A stretch of 63,891 nucleotides of DNA, counting the filler, from Lama guanicoe (lineage: Eukaryota): NCBI GenBank assembly GCA_013239625.1. It is 83 parts of 82 records of this genome, joined end to end, with 100 filler letters (N's around TTAATTAATTAA, not from the genome) between each part and the next. Parts side by side here need not be neighbours in the genome. Positions count along the whole stretch, not along the records: positions 1 to 459 come from PNXV01021872.1; positions 560 to 1,454 come from MU056645.1; positions 1,555 to 1,682 come from MU056648.1; positions 1,783 to 1,857 come from MU056648.1; positions 1,958 to 2,814 come from PNXV01021884.1; positions 2,915 to 3,599 come from PNXV01021885.1; positions 3,700 to 4,487 come from PNXV01021886.1; positions 4,588 to 5,412 come from MU056650.1; 75 more parts are not named here. The stretch is one strand, 5' to 3'. The position numbers were made by a program, and so were the translations under genes. Position 1 is the stretch's first letter; each line of letters starts with the position of its first letter. Below, in pieces: positions 1 to 11,511 of this stretch. The notes under the pieces were generated by a model. The model made no database searches. It saw only the letters and a list, made by a program, of their open reading frames with translations, and had not been told where the DNA came from.

Positions 1-459
1 CCCAGGGACAGAGGCTGCCTCCCCAAGGTCAGAGAAGGTTTTTCTCGGATTCCCCTTACAGGGAACACCTGTGACTGAAAAGAGCTGCGTGGATTTGTCT
101 CTCGAGCTCCCCATGCACTGACAATGATTCCGGAATCCTGAGGATGTGGAGGTTCCACCAACGGTCGGCAGCGCGTGGGTTCTAACGGAATGCCTAAGCT
201 TATCTCCCCTGAGGTTTTTCCTAATGTCTCTGTGCCAGGGAATTCTAGGGGGGTTTGCAGGAAGTCCCAGGGACAGAGGCTGCCTCCCCAAGGTCAGAGA
301 AGGTTTCTCTCGGATTCCCCTAACAGGGAACACCTGTGACTGAAAAGAGCTGCGTGGATTTGTCTCTCGAGCTCCCCCATGCAATGACAATGATTCCGGA
401 ATCCTGAGGATGTGGAGGTTCCACCAACGGTCGGCAGCGCGTGGGTTCTATCGGAATGC
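1..459 (+). repeat. GC-rich ~267-bp satellite (family A), ~1.7 monomers
   Basis: CCCAGGGACAGAGGCTGCC at 1 and 266 (period 265). Confidence 0.95.
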
Positions 460-559
460 NNNNNNNNNNNNNNNNNNNNNNNNNNNNNNNNNNNNNNNNN
501 NNNTTAATTAATTAANNNNNNNNNNNNNNNNNNNNNNNNNNNNNNNNNNNNNNNNNNNN
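460..559. other. Artificial contig linker N44-TTAATTAATTAA-N44 (first of about 82; last core at ~63345)
   Basis: Exactly 44 N, a palindromic 12-mer with TAA stops in all six frames, then 44 N; recurs between unrelated sequences throughout the window. Confidence 0.98.
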
Positions 560-1454
560 TCTATTCTATATTGTAAAATTTGTGTTCATAATTCTATATC
601 CTATATACCGTATTCTGCATTCCGTAGTCTATATTCTATATTATGTGTTCTACATTCTATATTCTAAATTCTATATAAAGTATACTGTATTCTATATTCT
701 AAATTCTGTGCTCTGTATTCCATGTTGTATATTCTGGGTTCTATATCCTCTAACCTAAATTTTATATACTGTGTTCTTCATTCTATATTCTTAATTCAAT
801 ATTCAGTATTCTCTATTCTATATTCTAAATTCTGTGTTCATCATTCTATATTTGAAATTCTATATTCAGTATTCTGTTTTCTATATTCTAAATTCTGTGT
901 TCTTCATTCCATGTTCTCAATTCNNNNNNNNNNNNNNNNNNNNNNNNNNNNNNNNNNNNNNNNNNNNNNNNNNNNNNNNNNNNNNNNNNNNNNNNNNNNN
1001 NNNNNNNNNNNNNNNNNNNNNNNNNNNNNNNNNNNNNNNNNNNNNNNNNNNNNNNNNNNNNNNNNNNNNNNNNNNNNNNNNNNNNNNNNNNNNNNNNNNN
1101 NNNNNNNNNNNNNNNNNNNNNNNNNNNNNNNNNNNNNNNNNNNNNNNNNNNNNNNNNNNNNNNNNNNNNNNNNNNNNNNNNNNNNNNNNNNNNNNNNNNN
1201 NNNNNNNNNNNNNNNCATTCTATATTCTGTATTCAATATTCTGCATTCCATATTCTACATTCCATATTCTGTGTTCTACATTCTATATCCTAAATTCGAA
1301 ATTCAGTATTCTGTATTCTATATTCTTAATTCTGTGTTCTACATTCCATGTTCTTAATCTGGGTTCTATATTCTCTATTCTGTATTCTATAATTTGTGAT
1401 CATCTTTCTATACTCTATATTCTATATTCTGCATTCCGTAGTCTATATTCTGTA
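560..1454 (+). repeat. AT-rich heptamer satellite (family B, TTCTATA-like)
   Basis: Tandem TTCNNNN units (TTCTATA, TTCTAAA, TTCTGTG, TTCAGTA). Confidence 0.95.
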
Positions 1455-1554
1455 NNNNNNNNNNNNNNNNNNNNNNNNNNNNNNNNNNNNNNNNNNNNTT
1501 AATTAATTAANNNNNNNNNNNNNNNNNNNNNNNNNNNNNNNNNNNNNNNNNNNN

Positions 1555-1857
1555 CCAAGGTCAGGGAAGGTATTTCTCAGCCTTCCCCCAACAGGGAACA
1601 CCTGTCACTGAAGAGAGCTGCATGGAGTTGTCTCTCGATCTCCCCCACGCACTGACAATTGTTCCGGAATCCTGAACGTGGGNNNNNNNNNNNNNNNNNN
1701 NNNNNNNNNNNNNNNNNNNNNNNNNNTTAATTAATTAANNNNNNNNNNNNNNNNNNNNNNNNNNNNNNNNNNNNNNNNNNNNTTCCGGAATCCTGAGCTT
1801 GGGGAGGTTCCAAGAACGGTCGGCAGTGCTTGGGTTCTAACGGAATGCCTAAGCTCG
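1555..1857 (+). repeat. Family A satellite fragments (two small contigs: 1555-1682, 1783-1857)
   Basis: CAGGGAACACCTGT, TTCCGGAATCCTGA and TTCTAACGGAATGCCTAAGCTCG motifs. Confidence 0.93.
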
Positions 1858-2587
1858 NNNNNNNNNNNNNNNNNNNNNNNNNNNNNNNNNNNNNNNNNNN
1901 NTTAATTAATTAANNNNNNNNNNNNNNNNNNNNNNNNNNNNNNNNNNNNNNNNNNNNTTACATTAGTGTATAAGATTTCAAAAGAACTTGTTTCTCAAAA
2001 TGATGACATTTAACATCTATGGTCTTTTCTTAATCAAGTAATTCTATAAGGCTTTCAAGGACAGCAGTGAAAGTTGTGTGTAGTGATTGCTGCTTCAGAG
2101 ACTCTGGTCCTGCCCCATGATCTTGCATGTGTTTACGCATCCTTGTCAATGTCAACACATCAGTCTATTAGGAGCTGAAATTAAACTACCTGGATGCTAA
2201 TTTTTCTTTTTAAAAACAATAAACTCAATTTCCCCTACAAATTCTTTATTGTTTCTCATACTGAGGCTCACCACTTTTCCTAATATATATGTTTGGTGGG
2301 AATGGGAGCACAGCCCTGAATGCCTGCACACAGCACCAACTCTATAAGATTAACCAGAGGTGGCCTTGGATGTTGTGTGTCTTCAGCCACTGAACATGAG
2401 CACCTGCTGTCCCTCCAACTGTTCTGCCTCCATTGCTGACAGCCCTGGAGGTCACTGACTCTTGTAAAATTCTACGTTACAGTTCATATATTTTTAAAAG
2501 GTATTAAATTGTGAAAGTCATCTGTTGTTTGTGTAAAATGGGGTGTAATTGCCTTTGCTCATTTCAGGCTAAACTAAGTCCAGAAGG

Positions 2588-2613
2588 ACACACACACACA
2601 CACACACACACAC
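2588..2613 (+). repeat. (CA)n microsatellite
   Basis: Direct CA run. Confidence 0.9.
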
Positions 2614-2914
2614 GCAGTTCTGAGTGCCCCGAAAGAAAAGTTTGAAAGGCTTCGGGACAGTGGTGGCCCTCAAACCTTTGGAATTTTGAGCTCTATGAAA
2701 GTATCACTTATTCAGAAATTAAGCATTATAATTCTAGATCAAGAGAATCAGAATCCCCCACAAGATACTTACAAGAATTTTTTTAAAGAAACTATCTTCC
2801 CTAAAATCCAATGANNNNNNNNNNNNNNNNNNNNNNNNNNNNNNNNNNNNNNNNNNNNTTAATTAATTAANNNNNNNNNNNNNNNNNNNNNNNNNNNNNN
2901 NNNNNNNNNNNNNN

Positions 2915-3599
2915 ATAATATAGTATACAGAATATAGAATATAAAACACAGAATATAGAATATATGAAACAGAATACAGAACCCAGAATTTAGAACATGG
3001 AATGCAGAACACAGAATTTCGAATATACAATGTAGAACACAGAGTTTAGAATATACAATACTGAATGCAGAAAATAAAATTTAAAATATAAAACGAAGAA
3101 CACAGAATAGAAAATAGAGAATATAGAAGCCAGAATTTAGAACATGGATTGCAGAACACATAATTTAGAATATAGAATAGAGAATACTTAATGTACAATT
3201 TAGAATATAGAATGTAGGACACAGAATATAGAATATAGAATACAGAATATAGAACACAGGACTTAGAACATGGAATGCAGAACAAAGAATTTAGAATATA
3301 CAATACAGAATACTGAATATAGAATTTAGAATATAGAATGTAAAACACTGAATATAGAATATAGAATACAGAATATAGAACCCAGAATTTAGAACATGGA
3401 ATGCAGAACACATAATTAAGAATATTGAATAGAGAGTACTGTATATAGAATTTAAAATATAGAATATAGAACAAGAATTTAGAATATAGAATACAGAATA
3501 CTGAATATAGAAATTAAAATATAGAATGTAGAACACAGAAAGAATATAGGGGAAATAGAACCCAGAATTTAGAACATGTAATGCAGAACACAGAATTTA
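2915..3599 (-). repeat. Family B heptamer satellite
   Basis: NNNNGAA units (TATAGAA, TTTAGAA, CACAGAA). Confidence 0.95.
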
Positions 3600-3699
3600 N
3601 NNNNNNNNNNNNNNNNNNNNNNNNNNNNNNNNNNNNNNNNNNNTTAATTAATTAANNNNNNNNNNNNNNNNNNNNNNNNNNNNNNNNNNNNNNNNNNNN

Positions 3700-4487
3700 A
3701 AGAATGGCTTTCACACACACTTTTCTCTCAGAACTGAGCATGTGGAGAAACGATCGTTCATCCAACACCAAGGGAACGGGTTGCAGTAGAAACACTTACT
3801 CTGGTTTTTCTGTCTGTTTCCTTGTGCCGGTTTGAAGTTCCTGCAGCTTTCACTGTAAAATCGTCCTGGAGCTTGTACCTCCACATATATATGTATGTAG
3901 TGGAGTTTGCAAATGAAAAGAAACTTTGTGTTCCCTTCAAGCTAGGTGAAGAATGGCTTTCACACACACTTTTCTCTCAGAACTGAGCATGTGGAGAGAC
4001 GTTCGTTCATCCAGCACAAAGGGAACGGTTTGTAGGAGAAACACTTTCTCTGGTTTTTCTGTCTGTTTCCTTGTGCCGGTTTGAAGTTCCTGCAGCTTTC
4101 ACTGTAAAATCGTCCTGGAGCTTGTACCTCCACATATATATGTATGTAGTGGAGTTTGCAACTAAAAAGAAACTTTGTGTTCCATGAAGCTAGGTAAAGG
4201 ACGACTTTCCCACACACTTATCTCTCAGAACTGAGCATGTGGAGAAACGATCGTAGAACGGGTAGCAGGAGAAACACTTACTCTGGTTTCTCAGTCTGTT
4301 TCCTAGTGCCAGTTTGAAGTTCCTGCAATTTTCTCTATAAATCTGAGTTTGAACTAGAACCTCCCCATATATATGTATGTAGTGGAGTTTGAAACTCAAA
4401 AAAACTTTTTGTTCCCTTCAAGCTAGTTGAAGGACAGATTTCACATACACTTTTCTCTTTGAAATGAGGATGTGGAGAGAAGTTCGT
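3700..4487 (+). repeat. ~248-bp satellite (family C), ~3 monomers
   Basis: CTGAGCATGTGGAGA at 3734, 3983 and 4231 (periods 249, 248). Confidence 0.93.
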
Positions 4488-4587
4488 NNNNNNNNNNNNN
4501 NNNNNNNNNNNNNNNNNNNNNNNNNNNNNNNTTAATTAATTAANNNNNNNNNNNNNNNNNNNNNNNNNNNNNNNNNNNNNNNNNNNN

Positions 4588-5412
4588 TCTCATCACTGAT
4601 ACAAGAACACCTGGTTCTCAATAGACTAGCATAACTTCTGCAGGATTCTCTTAGCTATAATGCCTCTAGGTGCGTTTGGATTCAAACCTAAATGTATATA
4701 TTTGGTTTCTCTCCCCTTGTATTTTCCTAGAGAGGGATGTGACCCCTTGAAATGCCAACATTGGCCAGTAGGTGTCATTGGGAGTAAAGGGCACCACATG
4801 CACAAGTGTATCCAAGGTTGGGGGTTATTTCATGTTTCCAATACTTATTTCATGGTTCCTGTTGGTTTCNNNNNNNNNNNNNNNNNNNNNNNNNNNNNNN
4901 NNNNNNNNNNNNNNNNNNNNNNNNNNNNNNNNNNNNNNNNNNNNNNNNNNNNNNNNNNNNNNNNNNNNNNNNNNNNNNNNNNNNNNNNNNNNNNNNNNNN
5001 NNNNNNNNNNNNNNNNNNNNNNNNNNNNNNNNNNNNNNNNNNNNNNNNNNNNNNNNNNNNNNNNNNNNNNNNNNNNNNNNNNNNNNNNNNNNNNNNNNNN
5101 NNNNNNNNNNNNNNNNNNNNNNNNNNNNNNNNNNNNNNNNNNNNNNNNNNNNNNNNNNNNNNNNNNNNNNNNNNNNNNNNNNNNNNNNNNNNNNNNNNNN
5201 NNNNNNNNNNNNNNNNNNNNNNNNNNNNNNNNNNNNNNNNNNNNNNNNNNNNNNNNNNNNNNNNNCTCGCTCCCATGTACAGAGCAATGGAAACATCCAC
5301 TCACCCAGCCCTTGGCACAGGACACTACCCGAAGAGAGGTCTGTTACTTCCAAAGACAGGATTAGGCCTCAGGACAACTGGAAGCAGGAGAAGGCAAAGC
5401 AGGGAATGGAAA
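4588..5412 (+). repeat. Long unclassified multicopy repeat (family D), copy 1
   Basis: Left part aligns with 39472-39609 and the reverse complement of 45831-46405; right part aligns with 62709-62855. Confidence 0.9.
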
Positions 5413-5512
5413 NNNNNNNNNNNNNNNNNNNNNNNNNNNNNNNNNNNNNNNNNNNNTTAATTAATTAANNNNNNNNNNNNNNNNNNNNNNNNNNNNNNNN
5501 NNNNNNNNNNNN

Positions 5513-6991
5513 TAGAATAGAGAATATAGAACAGAGAATTTAGAACATGGAATTTAGAACAAAGAATTTAGAAAATAGAATACAGAATACTGAGTATCGA
5601 AATTAGAGTATAGAATGTAAAACTCAGAATTTAGAATATAGGATACGGAATGTACAATATAGAATAAAGTATATAGAATATAGAACACAAAATATAGAAT
5701 ATGGAAAACAGAATACAGAACCCAAAATTTAGAACATGGAATGCAGAACACAGAATTTAGAGTATATACTACAGAATACTGAATATAAAATTTAGAATAT
5801 AGAATGTAGAACACAGAATACGGAATGTAGAATACGGAATGCAGAATATTGAAAACAGAATATAGAATGTAGAACACAGAATTTAGAATATGGAGATCAT
5901 AATATAGAACCCAGAATTTGGAACATGTAATGCAGAACACAGAATTTAGAATATAGAATACAGATTACTGAATATAGAATGTAGAACACAGAATTTAGAA
6001 TATAGAATACAGAATACTGAATATAGAATTTAGAATATAGAATGAAGAACACAGAATATACAATATAGACTANNNNNNNNNNNNNNNNNNNNNNNNNNNN
6101 NNNNNNNNNNNNNNNNNNNNNNNNNNNNNNNNNNNNNNNNNNNNNNNNNNNNNNNNNNNNNNNNNNNNNNNNNACAGAATATAGAATATAGAATACAGAA
6201 TACTGAATATACAATTTAAAATATAGAATGTAGAACACAGAATATAGAATATAGACTAGGGAATGCAGAATGTAGTATATAGAATAAAGAATGATGAACA
6301 CAAAATGTAGAATAAAGAATAGAGAATCTAGAAGCCAGAATTTATAACATGGAAATTAGAACACAGAATTTGTAATATAAAATACAGAATAATTAATATT
6401 GAATTTAGAAAATACAATATAGNNNNNNNNNNNNNNNNNNNNNNNNNNNNNNNNNNNNNNNNNNNNTTAATTAATTAANNNNNNNNNNNNNNNNNNNNNN
6501 NNNNNNNNNNNNNNNNNNNNNNGATTACAGAACATAGTATGAAAAATATAGAATGTAGAACACGGAATTTATAATATAGAATACAGAAAATAGAGTGTGG
6601 AATACAGAAGGTAGAACACAGAACAGGAAAACAGAATACAAAATATAGAATGTAGAATATAAAATGTAGAACAAAGAATATAGAATTTAGAATATAGAAT
6701 GTAGAANNNNNNNNNNNNNNNNNNNNNNNNNNNNNNNNNNNNNNNNNNNNNNNNNNNNNNNNNNNNNNNNNNNNNNNNNNNNNNNNNNNNNNNNNNTAGA
6801 ATGTAGAATACAGTTTGTAGAACACAAAATATAGAATATAAAATACAGAAAACAGAACACAGAAAATAGAACATGGAATTCAAAACAGAGAAATTAGAAT
6901 ATTCAGTACACAATACAGAATATAGAATGTAGAGTTTATAAAGTAGAACAAAGAATTTCGAATGTAGAATACAGAATTCAGCATATAAAAT
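5513..6991 (-). repeat. Family B heptamer satellite (two contigs: 5513-6422, 6523-6991)
   Basis: TATAGAA/TACAGAA/TTTAGAA arrays. Confidence 0.95.
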
Positions 6992-7714
6992 NNNNNNNNN
7001 NNNNNNNNNNNNNNNNNNNNNNNNNNNNNNNNNNNTTAATTAATTAANNNNNNNNNNNNNNNNNNNNNNNNNNNNNNNNNNNNNNNNNNNNGTTCCGCAA
7101 TGATGGTAGCGGTGAGAGTTGACCGAGCACAACAGACGTGTAGGTCATAGGAGCTTCATTTAGCACTCTCAGTGCTGTGCAGAAAAATAAGAGATGCCAG
7201 TCATTTCAAAGCCAGTGCCTCAACTTCCCCACAGATGCAGGTCATTTCTATCCTCTGCAAGAGTCCTCCCTGTCAGTATTCTCTACTTGCTTTTTCACTC
7301 TACTTGGTAAAAAAAACAAGTTCAGCTTTCATTTGTTTGGAAAAGGACACAAAATGCTTTCCGTTTATACTGATAGTCAGAGAACAGTCATCTACAATTG
7401 CCTAGTTGGTGATGATGATGAGAATGAGGAGTTCATGCTCAACAATGTTATAATTAGCTCGGCTGATCCTTATCTGGAACTTGTGAGGGATGTGTCCTTG
7501 TTGCCACAACGCATTTTCAAATGTAGAAGGGAGACTTCCTTTTATGACACCACTTGTGGAAATATATCACAATGAAAGCTATTTNNNNNNNNNNNNNNNN
7601 NNNNNNNNNNNNNNNNNNNNNNNNNNNNTTAATTAATTAANNNNNNNNNNNNNNNNNNNNNNNNNNNNNNNNNNNNNNNNNNNNGTTAAGTTTATGAGCC
7701 CTCTTGACATACAC

Positions 7715-7865
7715 ACTGTGCTAAACACTTTACTTGATTTCTTATTCTCACAATTCTACAAAGCAGAAATGAGTGTCCCCATTTCACAGACGAGGGAAAA
7801 ACTCCGAACGAACTGACTCAGGATCACTTAGCTCAGTGGCAGCGCGTGCACGCAAACCCAAGTCA
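7715..7865 (-). mobile_element. MIR SINE relic
   Basis: CCCCATTTCACAGACGAGG core followed by GATCACTTAGCT...AACCCAAGTC. Confidence 0.65.
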
Positions 7866-8029
7866 AAACACTACACCCCTTCGTATATGTACCAAATCTC
7901 CTACCACCCATTGACATACAGCGGTGGGGATAATACTTAGAGAACTCAGTACACTTTTCAGCTTTAAGGTGCTCTTGTAGCTCTTTTATAAAATCCCGGC
8001 TCACTGGTTTCTAACACTGCAAGAGAAGT

Positions 8030-8521
8030 CCGATGTTCGGAGCGCCGGCCAGGGCGGAGCACCGGTGGAGAGCACGCAGCCGCACAGAGCAGCGGAGCTA
8101 CCGGCGGCGCAGGCAGGGGGAGAGCGGCCCCCCCGCCTGTCGGGCAGGAACACAACCCCTGACCGAGGTGCTGGGAGGGGGCACGACCCGCCATCATGCC
8201 TGTCCAGTCTGCAACATCTGACTGCGGCATCCGGAGGGGCAGTGACCCGCCCGCCCGCAGCAAAAGAGAGCTNNNNNNNNNNNNNNNNNNNNGCTTGCCG
8301 ACAAGTGCTGGGAGCAGCACAGAAGAGGGCGCCAACGGAGGGCCTATGAAAACAAGCTGAGCTTCCAAAACAGGACGAAGACAGAAGGACTTCACATTAA
8401 AAGCACACAGACTCCAGGAGAACAACGACAACAACCCTTTTTTTCGGTTTGTTTTGTTTTGTTTTTTGTTTTTCGGTTTTTGGTTTTTGTTTTTGTTTTG
8501 TTTTGTTTTTAATCTGTTTTT
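8030..8521 (+). mobile_element. CpG-rich interspersed repeat, probable L1 5'UTR, followed by a (TTTTG)n tract
   Basis: Homologous to 59700-60056 (CAGTCTGCAACATCTGACTGC; CTGAGCTTCCAAAACAG). The L1 assignment is inferred. Confidence 0.5.
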
Positions 8522-8621
8522 NNNNNNNNNNNNNNNNNNNNNNNNNNNNNNNNNNNNNNNNNNNNTTAATTAATTAANNNNNNNNNNNNNNNNNNNNNNN
8601 NNNNNNNNNNNNNNNNNNNNN

Positions 8622-9420
8622 TATATGGAAGATATCCCATTTTCAAGGAATGATACAAAATATTATTAAATATGTTAAGACTCCTCAAAGTGATCTTCAT
8701 ATTCAGTGGAATCCCTATAAAAACTCCAGCTGACTTCTTTGCAAAAATTGAAAAACTGATCCCAAAATTCATATGGACGTGCAAGGGGCCCAGGACAGTC
8801 AAAACAACCTTGAAAAAGAAGAGTAAAGTTGGAGGACTCACTTTAAAGTGTAAAAAAAATTCATATGGACGTGCAAGGGGCCCAGGACAGTCAAAACAAC
8901 CTTGAAAAAGAAGAGTAAAGTTGGAGGACTCACTTTAAAGTGTACTAAAATGCTATAGTACTAAGTCAGTATGGTACTGGCATAAGGTTGGATAAATAAA
9001 TCTATGAGACACAATAAAAACCAAGGGGAAAAACTTACATTTACAGACAGTTTTCCACAAGGGGGCCAACAACACCCCATTGAAAGAATAGTCTATTCGA
9101 CAAATGGTACAGGGACAGCTGGGTATCTGCAGGCAAAAGTAGCGATCTGGAATCTGAACACTCATATTTTATATAACAAATAAAAATTAATTCAAAATAG
9201 ATCACAGACAGAAATGTAAAAATTAAACCTATTAACTTTCTAAAAGAAGACACAGTATAAATCTTTGTGGTCTTAGGATAGGCTTTGTTTTCCTAGATAC
9301 AATACCAAGAGCACAAGTGATAGAAGAAAAAAGCAGATAAACTGGACTACATCAAATTTAAAAATTTTTTTTTACAAAGGACATCATCAAGAAAGTGAAA
9401 TGACAGTGGAAATGGGTATC
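8622..9420 (+). mobile_element. Old L1 ORF2 fragment (degenerate)
   Basis: Translates as IPIKTPADFFAKIEKLIPKFIW..KKSKVGGLTL, typical of L1 ORF2. Confidence 0.9.
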
Positions 9421-9520
9421 NNNNNNNNNNNNNNNNNNNNNNNNNNNNNNNNNNNNNNNNNNNNTTAATTAATTAANNNNNNNNNNNNNNNNNNNNNNNN
9501 NNNNNNNNNNNNNNNNNNNN

Positions 9521-10297
9521 ACACATATATATGTGATTCTGTCTCTGTTTTTTATGATTATTTCTCTTACATCTTTAGTTTCCTCATGTAAGTGATAACA
9601 TAGAGTGTTTTTCTCTATATGACTTATTTTCCTATGTGCAACACACTCTGGGTCCAGTCACATTTCTCGGAATGGCAGAATTTTATTTTTTGATATGACA
9701 ATGACTAAGTATTTATTATGTTATCTATATCTCATGTCTACTTCAGACAATCATCTGTTGATGGGCAGTTGAGTTGTGCATCTATCCTTGACTATTATAA
9801 ATGATGATGTTAAGAACATTTGGGGTAATATATACTTTAAAATTAATGTTTTCATTTTTTTCAGATTTATACCAAAACCTGGAATTGCTGCAACATATAA
9901 TGCTTCTATTTCTACCTTTTATGGGCACTGTCCACACTTTTATAATAGTGGATGCATCAATTTATATTTCCACCAAATGTGTACCTGAGTTCCCTTTTAT
10001 CAACATTCTTATAAATGTTTGTCATTTGAAGACAGATTATATTTCATTCTGGTTTGATTTACATTTTCCTAATGAATAGCAACGTTTTGTTTCTTTTTAT
10101 GTGCATGAAAATCATCCACATGTCTGTTTTTGAAAGTTTCCAAGAAGATCCTTAAAATGTTTTTAAGTTGGGGTCTTTGATTTTTAAATAATGTGCCTTA
10201 TATACTATATACATATATACTTATATACTATATACATATACTATATACATATTAACAAAATGTTGGTTTCATTGTCTGAAATTCTTCTTGCTATTCT
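9521..10297 (-). mobile_element. Degenerate L1 3' end/ORF2 C-terminus, amplified copy
   Basis: Antisense L1 motifs (TCATCTGTTGATGGGCA, TTTCCACCAAATGTGTA); closely matches 51068-51711 and overlaps 37760. Confidence 0.8.
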
Positions 10298-10397
10298 NNN
10301 NNNNNNNNNNNNNNNNNNNNNNNNNNNNNNNNNNNNNNNNNTTAATTAATTAANNNNNNNNNNNNNNNNNNNNNNNNNNNNNNNNNNNNNNNNNNNN

Positions 10398-10620
10398 ATT
10401 GTGGCGATGGTTTCATAGGTGTAGACATCTGTCAAAATTCATCAAGTTATACATCTGAAATATGTGTAGTTTACTGTACAGGAATCATAAAGTTGTTTAA
10501 AAAAAAGATGAGAGATTGGAATCCTCATACACTGCTGATGGGAATGTAAAATAGTGCAGCCTATTGGAAAACAGTTAGGCAGTTCTTAAAAAGTTGAACA
10601 CAGAGTTGCCATATTAAGGG
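10398..10620 (+). mobile_element. Old L1 3'UTR plus ORF2-end fragments
   Basis: TGTCAAAATTCATCAAGTTATACA (L1MC-like tail); TCATACACTGCTGATGGGAATGTAAAATAGTGCAGC. Confidence 0.75.
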
Positions 10621-10987
10621 ATANNNNNNNNNNNNNNNNNNCCTGTGTGTGATCTTTCGGGTCCAACCACGGGCTTTGCCTGGCAGACCTCCCGGGAGGA
10701 AACTGCCCTCCCCACGCCAGACGTGGCACTCTGCCAGTGTCCCACAGGTCCCGGAGGGAGTTGCAGTAACGAACTCGGTTTCCCTGTCAACCCCAGTCAG
10801 CCACGTATACAGTCACGGCTGCGCTCCCAGACCAGGCGCCTCCGATCTGTGCCCGGAGGCCTTGGCTGGGCCACCCACCAGAGCCTGNNNNNNNNNNNNN
10901 NNNNNNNNNNNNNNNNNNNNNNNNNNNNNNNTTAATTAATTAANNNNNNNNNNNNNNNNNNNNNNNNNNNNNNNNNNNNNNNNNNNN

Positions 10988-11511
10988 TAGTGGCAGCACC
11001 GCCCCAGTCTCCGGCCGGCACCAGCTGCAGGTGAGGACGTCCGCGCGGCCCCGCCCGCTCCGGCCCCGCCCAGCTGTCCCATAAGCCTCCCCCAAGCCCC
11101 CGTCCAGGCCGCGCCCTGGCCCCCATTGGCTCCGCAAGTTCTGCCCTCGCTCGTCTAGCCTCGGGAGGACGCAGACGCAAGCGCTAGGGGAGGGCCCCGC
11201 GGTGTTACCATGGCTACAGGCGCCACGCTCCGCGCGGGCCGGCGAGCGCTTCTGGGGCGGGCAGCGGGCTCCGGAAGTTTGCAGCTTCCCGGGACCATGG
11301 TGGTGCTTGCTGCTGGGGATGGCGGCTTGCTCGGCCGGGCGACTAGTTCTGGCGTCGTCAGTTGGTGGCCGACGTCCTTTCTGGGGCGGAGTCCCACAGA
11401 TGGTAAATGTACTGCCGCGCCATTGGCGGGGCCAGTGGACATGGACCCTGGTGGGATCCGGGTTGGTTTGGCGGCCGGGGAGGGGCGGTGGTGCCGGGGA
11501 GCTGGTTGGGG
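10988..11511. promoter_or_regulatory. CpG-island promoter/first-exon region of an unidentified gene
   Basis: High CpG density; CCAAT (ATTGG 11125), X-box GTTACCATGGCTAC 11204-11217, GC box GGGGCGGG 11254, ETS CCGGAAGT 11271, donor CAG|GTGAGG at 11030/11031. Confidence 0.75.
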
